This document shows positions 10,768 to 24,897 of a DNA stretch of 39,379 bases, in pieces. Below the pieces are notes generated by a model. That model worked only from the letters and a program-made list of their open reading frames with translations, searched no databases and was not told the DNA's origin. The stretch is from assembly GCA_030770535.1 (NCBI GenBank), contig JASVEC010000157.1:1-39379 (forward strand). The letters are read 5' to 3'. A program made the translations under genes and the position numbers. Each line of letters starts with the position of its first letter. Position 1 is the first letter of the stretch. This stretch comes from Batkoa obscura (taxonomy: Eukaryota).

Positions 10768-12450
10768 TTATTTTTTGGCGTTAAATATATACAGTACAGC
10801 ACTAGCCAGCTCAATATTATAATAAGCCACATTAGCTACTGTCCCAATTGTAAGTAAATACTTTAAACTATTTAAATACTTTTGAATAATTGTATCCACT
10901 TTGACTTCCGACTTATGCTTAAATCTAGCTAAAAATATCACTACTTGTAGAGCCATCCCTAGTTCAATATTTGTTAAATAGTTGGCAGGTAATTTTAAAC
11001 AGTAGTAAAGAGTTAAATAACCCTGGATTAAAACTTTAGTTATATAATTGCTATCGTTACAGATGAATTCAGCACGATCAAACTGATAAGATTTACTTGA
11101 GTTATAGAACTTTAAAGAGAGTATAAAGTAGATATAATAGTTACAAATAAGTAATAGTTTATAGTGTTCATAACTCATTTTTAAATCAAATTGAATCTCA
11201 ACGCTCGTGAATATGATCAAATAATTTTTTTCAAGTTTTTGAATCCTTTCTATTAATTGTTCAATTTTCAACTCATTGACTATTTGGGTTTTATCTAAAT
11301 TCACATATTCATCCTTTAATACTCTAATTGCAAATGTGATTGAACTCAATTCATTGAAGAATGAAGTGATAACAATACTATAACAGAAATCAAAATCCAC
11401 TTTACATGCACTATAATTTGGCCTTCTCTTTAAAAACAAACTGTTTAAAACCTTCTTAAAAGCCAAGTTTAATATTTTAGGGCGATAGGGTAATATTATA
11501 CTGGAGCCAAACGATAATGATAAATTAATAGAAAAAAGGTTCATAACAGAATATAGCATGACTCTTTCAATTTTACAAACAAGTGGAAGGTCATTAGGAG
11601 TTAAATGCAGTCCAATTGAAGTAGAAGAAATAGTTAAAAAATGAAGGTATCTTTCAATATTTGGAGTGATCCATTCTGTTTTATAGCATCCAGTAATCAT
11701 TATAAACACACTTTGGATATTTTGCAATGTTAGTTTAATCCTATAAGGTGTTCCTAGTTCTTTATACAACTCATTTACAATAAATTTTATTATTTTAGCT
11801 ATTACTTCGTTTGATTCCATTCCATACAACCCGGCCAATAAAATACACAATTTTAACGTATTGCTTTTACTATCAAAATCAAACTTAGATTGGATAAAAA
11901 GGGGGTAGCTTTTATTACTCGTGTTAAAAAAATGAGCATATGCTTGTTTCAATACTGGATGCCAACTTTGAAACTCCTTTTCTACTACTATTTGTTTCTT
12001 GTCACTACTTTGCTGCTTTATGTAAACTTTAAAACCTTCACTTATTTTTAAGATAAAACTAAGGCCAATACTCGATTTAAGCGGGGAGGGATATAAAAAG
12101 ATAGTCATTAAGTTCTCAAATAAATTCTTATTGGTGATACTATTTAGTATTCCAAGGGGTGTATACGGGTTATTAAAACAAGCTGGTAACTTTATTATTT
12201 TAGTTTTATAGCGAACTCTTGTTTTTTTAATATCATTTATGTTACTTTTATTATTTATATTGACTTTGAAGTTGTTTATATTATTTTCTATAAAGTGTAG
12301 CTTTTTGGTATGTTTTGGTTTTCTTGTATAACTGCATTGCTCCTTTAAATCAATACATGTGTCGCAGCTAGGTTTTTTTCTATCACATTTTCGGTGTCCG
12401 TACGTGCATGTGTCACAACTATGTGCGCTCGTATCTATGCTATTGGTCAT
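10768..12450 (-). CDS. Zn(II)2Cys6 transcription factor, intronless, 560 aa, paralog of 3704..5428
   Basis: CDTCTYGHRKCDRKKPSCDTCIDLKEQC; shared motifs FENLMTIFLYPS, GTPYRIKLTLQNIQ, IERVMLYS. Confidence 0.93.
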   Translation of the reverse strand: MTNSIDTSAHSCDTCTYGHRKCDRKKPSCDTCIDLKEQCSYTRKPKHTKKLHFIENNINNFKVNINNKSNINDIKKTRVRYKTKIIKLPACFNNPYTPLGILNSITNKNLFENLMTIFLYPSPLKSSIGLSFILKISEGFKVYIKQQSSDKKQIVVEKEFQSWHPVLKQAYAHFFNTSNKSYPLFIQSKFDFDSKSNTLKLCILLAGLYGMESNEVIAKIIKFIVNELYKELGTPYRIKLTLQNIQSVFIMITGCYKTEWITPNIERYLHFLTISSTSIGLHLTPNDLPLVCKIERVMLYSVMNLFSINLSLSFGSSIILPYRPKILNLAFKKVLNSLFLKRRPNYSACKVDFDFCYSIVITSFFNELSSITFAIRVLKDEYVNLDKTQIVNELKIEQLIERIQKLEKNYLIIFTSVEIQFDLKMSYEHYKLLLICNYYIYFILSLKFYNSSKSYQFDRAEFICNDSNYITKVLIQGYLTLYYCLKLPANYLTNIELGMALQVVIFLARFKHKSEVKVDTIIQKYLNSLKYLLTIGTVANVAYYNIELASAVLYIFNAKK

Positions 12451-13161
12451 TTTTTAGTCTTGTATTTAGTTTAGCTTTTAAGAAAGAAAGTAAGTTAAAC
12501 ACAAGACTGGTTTACGAGAATTCCTATTTAATTTATGCATCTGTTATCTTGGAAAAACTTTGAATAAACATAGGTCTCTTTTTTAGCACCAAGCTATTTA
12601 ATTAATTTCCAACATCATTAGTAACTACTATTAAGCTAGTCTATACCTAACCAATAAGATTATTTATCTTGTTATTTGCTATTGAGTTTAATTTTTTACA
12701 TTTACTTGGTTGATTCTACTCATCCAATAATATATCAAGATTTTAAAAAAAATTGCATCTCCAAAAAATAACTTTGAGTAGCTTCTTCCTAAATAGGTGA
12801 AAAAGTGTTAGTTAAATAATAATTGTTATTCATTTTTAAATAATTAGTTGTTTAATTTATATAATAAAGTAAGAGTGTCGGTTATTAAATATAGGTAGTA
12901 AAAATCATAAAGATATAACTAACAGGATGCATATGAAACATAAAACAACTTTTGCAAAAAAGATACGAAAAGGCTAATTAAATCCTGAAAATAAGTACTT
13001 ATTGACCCAATCTTAAATTAGACCAATAAAAATGGATGAAATAGTCATGAAAGCAATTAAAAAGCGAAGATATAATTTGATGACGAAAATATAACTATAA
13101 AAGATAGCGATAAAGGATTAAATCTTTATATTTTAACTTGTAACTTTTATAACAACACAAA

Positions 13162-14171
<1,010 letters not shown>

Positions 14172-14256
14172 TTTTTATTAAATAAAGATAATAAGCATAG
14201 TACAAAATTTTAATATTTATCTTAATATAATCATTTTATTTATTTCTATTCAAAGC

Positions 14257-15370
14257 TTACTCAACATCATTTGGATAAATGATGGATTTTATATAATTAA
14301 CACGCTCCTTTGTTAACTGCAAGCACTCTCTAAGTTCTTGTTTATTAATTAACTTATCTCCATATTTATAAGTATAAATCAAATCATTATCATCATTTAC
14401 TATAATTAATAAATAATTTCTTATCATTTCTTGCTCAAAATTGTTGGGATCACTTAGTATTATGCCGCTACAGTATTATTGTTATTCAATTGTTTGTATT
14501 AAATTAGTAATCTAATCTTACCTATCAAATTTTACGAAGGATAATGGAAATAAGTTATAATTTACAGTTAAAGAATCAAACTCCCTATCAACTACCGTAT
14601 AAACCCCTTGCTCTTCATCAAGTACCAACTTGGGTAATTGAACTAAAGATTAAACTATAAATGATAACCAGGGATAAAAACGATTGAATAGTTACCATTT
14701 TTTAATGCTAATATAGTGGAAATAATTGAGGCGTCTAATACATTACCATCATCAGATAGACAAATGGTATCTATATATAATGTCCAGACTGCTTTTCCAA
14801 CTTCAATCACTAATTGCTTTTTATCAAATAGAGAATTGCTTTATTGTTATTAATTATTATTTGTTTACTTGATCCTAATTAATAACTTACATATTTAACA
14901 ACTGATTAACAATATGACTGTAAATCATAGATTGGTCATTTGGTGGGCCTGGCTTTATTTTATTTGAGCATAAGGGGCCAAGTTCAACATTTGGTACTAA
15001 ATTACAAATCAATACACTTACTTTATATAATGTTTTTATTTTTGTTATTACCTAAATAACCTTCGTCTGGATACTCCCAATTAGGTTCTGCAATTTCAGC
15101 TTTTATAGCTGTAACTACCATAGTTTTGCCTATCCTCAAAATCACTGAACCCTCCGAAGTAGTTATTGTATCTATTGAGTAAATTGCATTATGTTAGTAA
15201 CTATACATTTAAAATATTAAAATAGTACTTTGATTTAAATGAATAGTTCTGCATTGGTCTATATTCCTACCATCAATTCTTAAGTTTAAGTTTAAAAACT
15301 TTCTCATGTATTCTTTTGGATGCATACGTTGGAATGCCAACGCTTCTTCATTTAATTTATTGGATTTCAT
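14257..15370 (-). CDS. RRP43: Exosome RNase PH-like core subunit Rrp43/EXOSC8; about 6 exons (missed by the ORF track)
   Basis: Spliced translation includes MKSNKLNEEALAFQRMHPKEYMRKFLNLNLRIDGR, EGSVILRIGKTMVVTAIKAE, GYLVPNVELGPLCSNKIKPGPP and VWTLYIDTICLSDDGNVLDA; stop TAA at 14257. Confidence 0.9.
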
Positions 15371-15605
15371 TTTACTTTCCTAGTTTGTCTTAATAAAATG
15401 TAGAAAATGGAATTTTTAAAAATGTCTAATTTTATAAATTGAAAAAATTGACGAAAATTTTAAACCAAAATGTTATTTTAAAATATGCTGAACACTATAA
15501 TAGAAAATTTAAAAGTTAACTTGTATATATCTTTATTTATCTCATAAATTATCTATAACAATAATAACACTACTATTATTTCATACAACAAAACAATAAT
15601 AGAAG

Positions 15606-16064
15606 TTATTCCATGACATCCTCATTTAATTTACTTTCTCTTTTTCTACTCACAAGGAATAACTCGTCCTCGCATACTTCATACTCTTTCTTTTCCATTT
15701 CTTGAATGAATTGATCATTGATGTGTTTAGAAATAGCAATCAAGTTATCTAATCCGTCTTCCATAGCTCGGACACTAGTAGTATCGTTAAAGGTTTGGAT
15801 ACGGAAATTCAATAATGGTTCTGAAGGATGAGGGATGGAATAGCCAACATATTCTACTTTTTGATCTTTTGCAACTGTCCACCTTAATGCGTTACCAAGA
15901 GTATGATCCTCTTCTTTTAATTGAAAAGTGGTACTCGTTAAATCTTTATTGCCACTTATAATCTTGATCTTGTCCATTCCTTCCTCAAGTTCAATTTCAT
16001 TTTCAGCGCCTATTACTTCCCCTTCATTTAATTGTTGGTCTACTATTTCTTGTTCAGTATTCAT
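15606..16064 (-). CDS. RPC19: RNA polymerase I/III shared subunit AC19 (POLR1D)
   Basis: EEDHTLGNALR and YVGYSIPHPSEPLLNFRIQT are RPB11/AC19 family signatures; intronless. Confidence 0.95.
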   Translation of the reverse strand: MNTEQEIVDQQLNEGEVIGAENEIELEEGMDKIKIISGNKDLTSTTFQLKEEDHTLGNALRWTVAKDQKVEYVGYSIPHPSEPLLNFRIQTFNDTTSVRAMEDGLDNLIAISKHINDQFIQEMEKKEYEVCEDELFLVSRKRESKLNEDVME

Positions 16065-16447
16065 TTTTAGGTTTTATTTTTCTATTAAAAGAGTTATAAA
16101 TTATAAAATATCAAAAATATTTTTTGTTGGAAATTAATTTCCCATAATGTTTTATAAGGATATAATTCTTTTTGGATCACCTTAATTTTTATCTAAATTT
16201 TTGACACGTAATTATTAGGGTAAGGATTATATAAATTTTTTAGATATATAGTTTAATAGTAACAACAATAATAAAATACTAAAAGTAATAATTTAATGAA
16301 CAAATCACAAAGCATCAATTTTAAAATAAAATTATACATCAAGCCTCAAAAGGAAAAAAGATAATAAATAAAAACATTCACCATTTATAAGTGCATTAAA
16401 AAAGCTAGATAATAAATCGTAATAAGTGATTTTCTAAAAACTCGTAA

Positions 16448-17206
<759 letters not shown>

Positions 17207-17749
17207 TTTAGCTAATGTGTTGTATCTAATTTTTAAATCAGCTAAATTATTAATATGATCACTGCTATTAATTACCTTTTAACTACAATTTTACTATTTC
17301 AACTAAAAGTTTAAATCTTCGCTTAGATTATTTCGTTTTATCAAAGATTTAAGATTAAAAGATCTTATTGATTGGTTGATTTATCTAAGAAATTCAATAG
17401 ATTATCAAGATTAGTTAGATCAAAATAGCCAATAATATATCGAGAATCGTTTATATGACAACTATAATTTGCTCACATCCACATACTAAAACAAATTAAC
17501 GATTATCTAAAATTATAATTTATTGTTATAATTCCCATTTGTTGGATTATGATCCTAATATGAAATAATGTATTACTTTAGTAAGTAAAATATTCAGCTA
17601 TATAACCTCTGATACTATTATTATATATAAATTGTGATTGTTTTTATTAGTTCTAATACTAAGGCACTTGTAATTCATTGAAGGGATTTCCAGTTTTATA
17701 TGAAACATTGGCTGATTTTGGCAGAGGTACTAAATTTTATAACACAAGA

Positions 17750-17855
17750 TATAAGGGCATCTTTTTTGGCTTTATCACTTTTTCCATCTTTTAACCACTA
17801 TTTGAGCGGAAAAATTGGTAATAAAATTTTTAAACACAAAAATACATCCCCATAT
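17750..17855 (+). mobile_element. MITE copy 4
   Basis: ataagggcatcttttttggcttt...ctatttgagcggaaaaattgg...aaaaatacatccccatat. Confidence 0.88.
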
Positions 17856-18494
17856 TTTCCAAAGCAATTTCTTTTTGGGCAGATCCACTCTATTAAGAGT
17901 ATAGAATTGCTACAGTTCAATTTTTACAGGAAAATTATCTCACTTTTAGACACAAGAAATATTTGCTATTGCAATCAACGACTTTGCATATAATTTTAGT
18001 CCAGAAAATCGCACTACTTTACAAATATCTTATAAATTTTCTAAATTAAGCTACAAATTTTGGCTGACAATTTTCGTTTTTATTGCTTATCTACGAATAT
18101 ATTATTAGATGCGTAAATTTATGTTCAATAAAAATATTAAATATTTAGGTGATAAAGACTTGTATAGTTTTTATAGGTTCTGCTACTTTACATATGAATA
18201 ACTTCATCTTTATTTTTATTTAAAGTATGTATTTTTTAATGCAGAAAAGTGAATATATTTTTAAAAAATGGCTAATATTTTAGAATAAAATCATTTTCCT
18301 TGGAATTAGAAATATGATTACCACAGACAGTCTTTTATCAGTTACTATATTTTATTAAATATTTTTTTAGCCAGTTTTGATATTATTGTATTTACTTTAT
18401 CAAATAATTTTATCAAATAATTTTGTATATTTTCATTTAATCTCATGTATTATAGTAATAACATTTATTTTAGCTTAACACTTTTCAAATAAGC

Positions 18495-18600
18495 ATTTGG
18501 GAGTGTTTTTTTTGACTTCATTATTTTTTCCATTTTTAAGCGCTATTTAAGCGGAAAATTTATTAGTAAAGTTCTTAAACACAAAAATACATCCCCATTT
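18495..18600 (+). mobile_element. MITE copy 5
   Basis: atttgggagtgttttttttgacttcatt...aagcgctatttaagcgg...aaaaatacatccccat. Confidence 0.9.
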
Positions 18601-18623
18601 TTACAAATGAATTAACTATTTAT

Positions 18624-18725
18624 ATATGAAGATACTTTTTTTCGTCACTTTTTCTATCTTTTAAACGCTATTTGAGTGAAAAAATTGTTAATAAAATTCC
18701 TAAACATAAAAATACATCCCCATAT
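18624..18725 (+). mobile_element. MITE copy 6
   Basis: atatgaagatacttttttt...cgctatttgagtgaaaaaattg...aaaaatacatccccatat. Confidence 0.88.
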
Positions 18726-18771
18726 TTCATATTTTACTGTAACATTGATTAAGTGTTTTTTGTGTACCTCA

Positions 18772-18878
18772 ATATGTGGATGTATTTTTATGTTTAGGAA
18801 TTTTATTAACAATTTTTTCACTCAAATAGCGCTTGAAAGATGGAAAAGATAATGAAGTCAAAAAAAACATCACCATAT
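18772..18878 (-). mobile_element. MITE copy 7 (inverted relative to copy 6)
   Basis: atatgtggatgtattttt...ctcaaatagcgctt...aaaaaaacatcaccatat. Confidence 0.9.
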
Positions 18879-19012
18879 GGTAAAAAAAACTATTGAATAC
18901 AGAAGTAACTGAGATTATCAAGTTTATAATAGTAAAATAAAAAATGATAGTCTAAAGCACTTTAAATATTTATTTAAACATCAACAGTATGATATAATCT
19001 GGGATCAAAAGT

Positions 19013-22000
19013 TTACTGTTTTGGCTTTAATCCTGAAATAAAATTATCTAAATCAAACTCTTCTTCATACTGCTTCTCATCCCATAACTTTTCTAAACCT
19101 TCGAGGACCTTAGCTCCAGGTACGCCTGTGTTGGTGCTTTCTTGGTTTGGTTCATCTTTGATTTCCAATGGGTTAGTAGTGGGAGCAGAGAAAAGATCAA
19201 ACAGTTGATTAGTGTTCATAGATCCCAGGCCGGAGTTCTGTTGATTTACAACTGAGTTGGCTATATTAAGTTTGAACCTTTGTAGCCCCATAATCTTTTC
19301 TTCTAAAGTATCTCTAGTAATAAGTCGGTAAACGTTGACCACTTTTTTTTGTCCAATTCTATGTGCACGGTCCATAGCTTGCATATCTTTCATTGGATTC
19401 CAATCATGCTCAACAAATATTACAGTATCAGCACCTGTTAAATTTAAACCTAAACCACCAACATGGGTAGTGAGAAGCAACAGATCAATTGAAGGATCTT
19501 GATTAAACTCCACAACTATATTATGTCTTTTAGAAGCTTCTATTCCACCATCTATCTTAAGGTAAGTTACATTTGGCAAATGTCTATGCAACAAATCTTT
19601 TTCAACTAGCTCCAACATAACTTTATGTTGGAAAAATATCAATGCGCGATGTTGCGAAACTGCCCCTGAAACAATTTGTTCTTCAGTATTTTCACCTTGT
19701 AAACCAATCCCACAGTCGTTTAATAGTTGCCTATGATTAATTGTAAATGAGTTGATTCAAAAGATATAATATACTTACTTTAAAGCCAATAATTTTGGTG
19801 CATGTACTAAATCATGCAAATGCGAAATATCACCTACTTTGGACATGATGTTATTATATTGTGGATGCTTAGGAGTTAAGGCCAACAATGGGTGATTACA
19901 AAGTTTACGAATATATTGTAATGCTTGGAAAATATGCGTCTTTTTCTCTGGTTGATTTCCTTCATTTTGGTCATCGTCAATAACAGAAACACTTCCTTGG
20001 TTTTGGCTCTTTGAAAAGTCGTCATAAAGTTGTTTTTGAACCTCACCAAGATCACAATAATAATCTTGAATGATTTTAGGTGGAAGATCATCCAAAACAT
20101 CTTCTTTAAGGCGTCGAAGTAAGAAAGGCAAAACCTGTTTATGAAGTGCTTCAAGTGCTAAGGCGCCTGCTTCTTGCTCTTTTGATGAGCTTTTTGCTTC
20201 TCTAGAAGCCAAAATAGGCTTGGAATACATTTCATTAAAAGACTTTTCAGTACCCAAAAATCCTGGCATTAAGAAATCAAATAAAGACCATAATTCTAGT
20301 ACGTTGTTTTGAATAGGGGTACCAGACAAAATCAAACGGTGATTTGCCTTTATTTGTTTAATAGCTTTGGTAATTTTAGTTTTGCCATTCTTAATAATAT
20401 GGCCTTCATCTAAAATACAATAATTCCAATGATATTTCGATAATTCCTCAATATCATTGCGTATAATTTCATAAGACATTATAACAACATCGCGCTGTGG
20501 AATTAAGTGTGCAATTCTTCTTCTTTCAAATAAAACTCCACTATAGCACAATGGCCTAAGATTTGTAGTATATGTGTTAATTTCATGATACCAATGTGGA
20601 ATCAAAGTTGTTGGGCAAATTACTAAAGAAGGTAGGTGCTTTTGGTCTGGGTTATTGGTCTTTTTAAATAAAGCCGCCCTTGTATATTGATCACTTGCTA
20701 ACATACAAATCGATTGAAGTGTTTTTCCTAGACCCATATCATCACAAAGTATACCATGAAGCTGATAACGATTTAAAAACGCAAGCCAATTAACACCTTC
20801 TTGCTGATAACTTCGAAGCTCAGCATTGATTTTGATTGGTATATCAAAAGACTCAAGTTGTTTAGCATCTAATAGTTGGTTTATGAATTTTCTTTCAGAC
20901 GAACGTTGTTCTATAAGTTCAATAGGGAAATCCTCAGGATCTGGCATTCCAGATTCTAGTGGAATCAAGTTGATTAAAAGAGCAAAACAATTTGAAGCAA
21001 CAAGTCTAACATGATCATCATTATCACTCATGCGCCCTAAAATAGGAACAACTAAAAATATCACATAAGGTAAAATTTTAGTCTCTAATGTTTGCACAGT
21101 AAAATAAATAGCTTCGGCAAATCCTTGTCTATTTATAACATTCGAATGATCCATCAAAAGCGGAAGGCCAGTAGAAACGAGAGCTTGCATACATGGGGAT
21201 AAAAGGACATCACATAACACTGAAAAACATTTTGCAGCCATATGGCGAATAACAGAATAAGGGCTTTGTAAGCATCTTAGAACCCAAGGGATAGTAGGCC
21301 TAATCTCTTCTAACAGAGAAGCATCTAAATAATGTACGACTGTTGATAAAATATGAAGACCGTCTACTATATCTTCAGCTAAGTCAAGGTCCCTTTCTAA
21401 AGTATCATAAAATACATCTTTATCACTTTCCATTAAACCTTGAAGTCTTGAAAACATGAGCTCCCAGAGCTTTGGAACTTTTTCAAAGAGTTTAGGCCCA
21501 AAGCTTTTACAAAACTGTTCAAGGCAAAGCTCAGATCCTCTTCTTACAAATTTAGAATCAAGGCTGTTATTAGGGTCAGATTGTCCTATATTGATACATG
21601 GCCTGCCTCTTCCCCTCACGATTGGGCCTTGTACAACTGAAAGCGAATAGATCTCTTCTTTTGTAAGATTATCTCGCACACGTGGAGTAACTGAAGTGTC
21701 TGAGCAAATGAATGTGCATAGATTACGCACTATTTTATTAGTTGGGTTAATTTTGGGGTTGATAATTGACAAAAGGTAGATTAATCTACTTAAGCCAATA
21801 GAAGAGCGTATTTGTAATTCCTGGTTTGGCTCTTTTTTAATTGAATTCATCATAGATGTAATAATGGGGGAAAGTTTAGGTGGAAGTATTTCTAAAGTAG
21901 TTACAGCGCAAGAGATAGCGGATGTTACTTGTGTTTTTATTCCAAAAACAAAATCTTCATACGCCCCCATGGCAATCAACACTCTCTTCTTTCTATCCTC

Positions 22001-24696
22001 TAAGTTGCTTATTGAATTTTTGTTAGCAGAAAGGATAATTTGATCATATATTTGTGTTACAAAGTATCTACAAACATCAATTGTAAAATTGTTTTGAGCT
22101 TCCCCTTCAACGTAGCTAGGAAGAGCAGGTATAATAGTAGGATCAACACCTCCTTCCATTGTTGCAGTATTCAAAAGCGCAAGCAGCTCAGAGCGAAGTT
22201 GCCTTAAATGTGGAATACATTCAATTAATGTAATTTTATTGCTGAGCTCAAGTTGGTCTACAAGCATCTTGGATAGTGATTCTTTGATAGGTGAGCCATT
22301 TACGATAGTTTGATTTTCTATAAACCATTCTTCAATTATTGCTGCAGATAAATGTTGATGCATCCCCCAAGCTGATTGTATGTAGAATCCCAGAGAGCCA
22401 TCGAACAATAAAGCAATTTCATCTGTTGGAAGTACTTTCATTAATGTCCCTAAAGCTTTAGCACCACGTAAACGATTAAGTAATACTTTATCTTTAGAAA
22501 TCAAGGCAAAATCTTGAGAAAGCATCCCGGAATCAACATTATGCGTTGACCCAGGTCCCTGTTTATCACCGAGGTTCGATCCTGGTTTTGGAAGGAATAT
22601 AAGGCTTAAATCAATTTGAGTGCCTAGTGGCGTCATTAAAATAAGGAACCACTTTGGAACGCAATCTCTAATAATTGGATAAAATGAGGTTGGATTAAGC
22701 TTAATTTTTTCCATAATCATTTTCCATAAAACTTCAGATCGATCCAATGTTTTTTCTTTTTCTTCAAACAAAATGTTTTGGAACACAAGTTTGAAAACAC
22801 GATCGTCGACCCATCTACAATCTTGATCCGCATCGAGGAAAAGTTGAAGGGTATCCAAAACTGCCAATCTAACTGAAGAAATCGTATGCCTGAAAAATGG
22901 GAAAAGTACTGGAACCAAATTAGCTAGGGCAAAGGTATTATTTTCTTTAGATAAATCTTGGAATGATTGAAGGATTTTAGGATAAGAAAAGAGGCGAGCT
23001 AAAAGATCCATAACGCTACTAGTTGAAGCAGATAAATCATCTTTTGCGTCTTTCAAATTTAACCATAATATAGTAGCGACTTTAATTGCTTTATCTGGCA
23101 TTAAATTTACAAACTGTTCAGTTACTGGTAGAATCGAAGCTGCGGAAACTCCCCTAACATCATCATCCCCATCATCTAAACAAAATATGATTGCATCTAT
23201 TGTTACCTTTAATAAGGGTTCAACAAGATCAGTTCGGACTGCAATTAAATATTTTAGTCCTAATAAGCCAGCATGCCTGGATTCCCATTGAGTAATGGAT
23301 AGCCCATCTTGTGCATTCGTTTTATTTAAATCTTGGCCTTGGGCTACAAGGTTTAAAAGGCCAGTTTGCGTTTTGAATACAAGCTCTGGTGGGAGGTATT
23401 GAATTAAAGTTCCAAGGGTTTGGGAACAAGTTTCTCTAACAGGTGCTACAACGGAATCTGAAACGAAATCCCCAAAACGGTCAAGAGCAAAGACACATAA
23501 TAATCTAATGCAAACGTCTTCCAACCATTCCTCATGTAATATATCATTTTTGTCTTTAGATAACCCTGCGATTTTCCCTGCATCCTTTCCATGATATTTT
23601 AAGATCTCACGAAGCCCAATAGCAGCACCATGACGCACAACCCAATTAGGGTCAAATAAATCTATGCACAAAGTTTCACAGAATTCTTCAAATGGCCACT
23701 CTCTTGGGTCCTCTACAATTTCCATAGAAACTTTTGATTCTACTATAACTTTACCATTATTAATATCATCACCAGCGTTCGAAGAAGTTTGCTTAATCTG
23801 GGAGTCAACAGTTGCACGCTTTTGGGGAGCTTGAATACGTTTTCTCGATTCAAGTATTTTATCTTTAGCTTCTTTTTTATTTTTTCTCTTTAATCGATTT
23901 CTTTCACGTGCACTTAGTGCTGACATGTCTATTTCCTCTTTTGGAGAAGGAGCTCTAGGTGGTTGAATTTCAGCTTTAACTGTTGTATCAATGTCATCCA
24001 AAAAGTCATCTATTTGAAAGTGAGAAAATGTAAAACTATAATATTATTTACTAACCTTCTATAAAATCCGATCCAATTCCTAGGTTCTTTTTTAAATTTT
24101 TCTTTAAATGTTCCATACGTTCATTTGGAGCTAGGTTGGACATATCTAAGTCATATTCCTTTTATGTTTTTAGCTATTTAATTATAAATGTTAAAAATAA
24201 AATACAATTCCAGCTGAAGCGAGTAATTTCTTTCCTTTTTTCATCACATTTAATATATCAAACTCTTTGAACGTCAAAACAGATTTTGTAACTGCTTCTG
24301 GAGGAGGCATATCTATTTAAAATGTTATAAACCATTTGATAATTTATAATAGATTAAACCTTCTATTTTGACATCAGGATCCCAAGTTGAAGCATTTTTA
24401 GCAATTGCCCCAATCGCTTGTCCTGCAGCAATTCTAGTTTCCCAAGTTGAAGATCTTAAATGAACAGATACCTTAAATTATTAGCTTAAGTTTTATAGAC
24501 AATTATGATCCTACCCTTCCCAATAAATTTTTTAACTCTCCTGGATGCTGTTTCATGATATCTCCCAACTGGTTAGCCGCAGTTGTTCTGACACCAGAGG
24601 CAGAACCAGTATCAAGCAGTAGGATTAAGCGTTCTAATCTTTAATTATGATTAGACATATTAAATATCAGATATTTATAAACTACCTTGAAGCCAT
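19013..24696 (-). CDS. MOT1: TBP-associated SNF2-family ATPase Mot1/BTAF1; 7 exons
   Basis: Spliced start MASRLERLILLLDTGS; HEAT-repeat region (DRFGDFVSDSVVAPVRET); helicase motifs LCDDMGLGKT, DEGH, SGTPIQNN and QAMDRAHRIGQ; C-terminal WDEKQYEEEF. Confidence 0.97.
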
Positions 24697-24888
24697 TTCT
24701 TAATTCTTAATTAAATATAAGTGTTTTAAGTAATAACAATAGTTAACTAAAGCTTGAGTAGTAAAACGAAATAAACTAAAACTAGTGTTTTGTTTTAATA
24801 TTGTATTTGATGTCCTAGAATAAGGGGTCCTAAGTAGTAGTAGTACTACCCGCTATGTATAGGGGTTTTAAGATTTTATCATTTTTCG

Positions 24889-24897
24889 CCTTTTATA
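24889..24897 (-). promoter_or_regulatory. Candidate TATA box (TATAAAAGG) for MOT1
   Basis: Consensus TATA about 190 bp upstream of the MOT1 ATG, with a CCAAT box further upstream at about 24993-24997. The AT-rich background limits confidence. Confidence 0.3.

Noticed and set aside
15439..15462. RRPE-like AAAATTTT motif upstream of RRP43
   Set aside because: Plausible for a ribosome-biogenesis gene, but such A/T octamers are too common in this background.
17340..17440. AGAT/GATA-rich and CCAAT-containing tract upstream of NDUFS8 as an iron-responsive element
   Set aside because: The motifs are short and degenerate and cannot be separated from chance.
17750..18878. Clustered repeats as a CRISPR-like array
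   Set aside because: The units are ~105 bp with TIRs, mixed orientation and irregular spacing, in a eukaryotic context with no cas genes.
24159..24205. MOT1 intron with a GTATTT donor as a U12-type intron
   Set aside because: It lacks the RTATCCTT donor and TCCTTAAC branch consensus, so it is a normal U2 intron.
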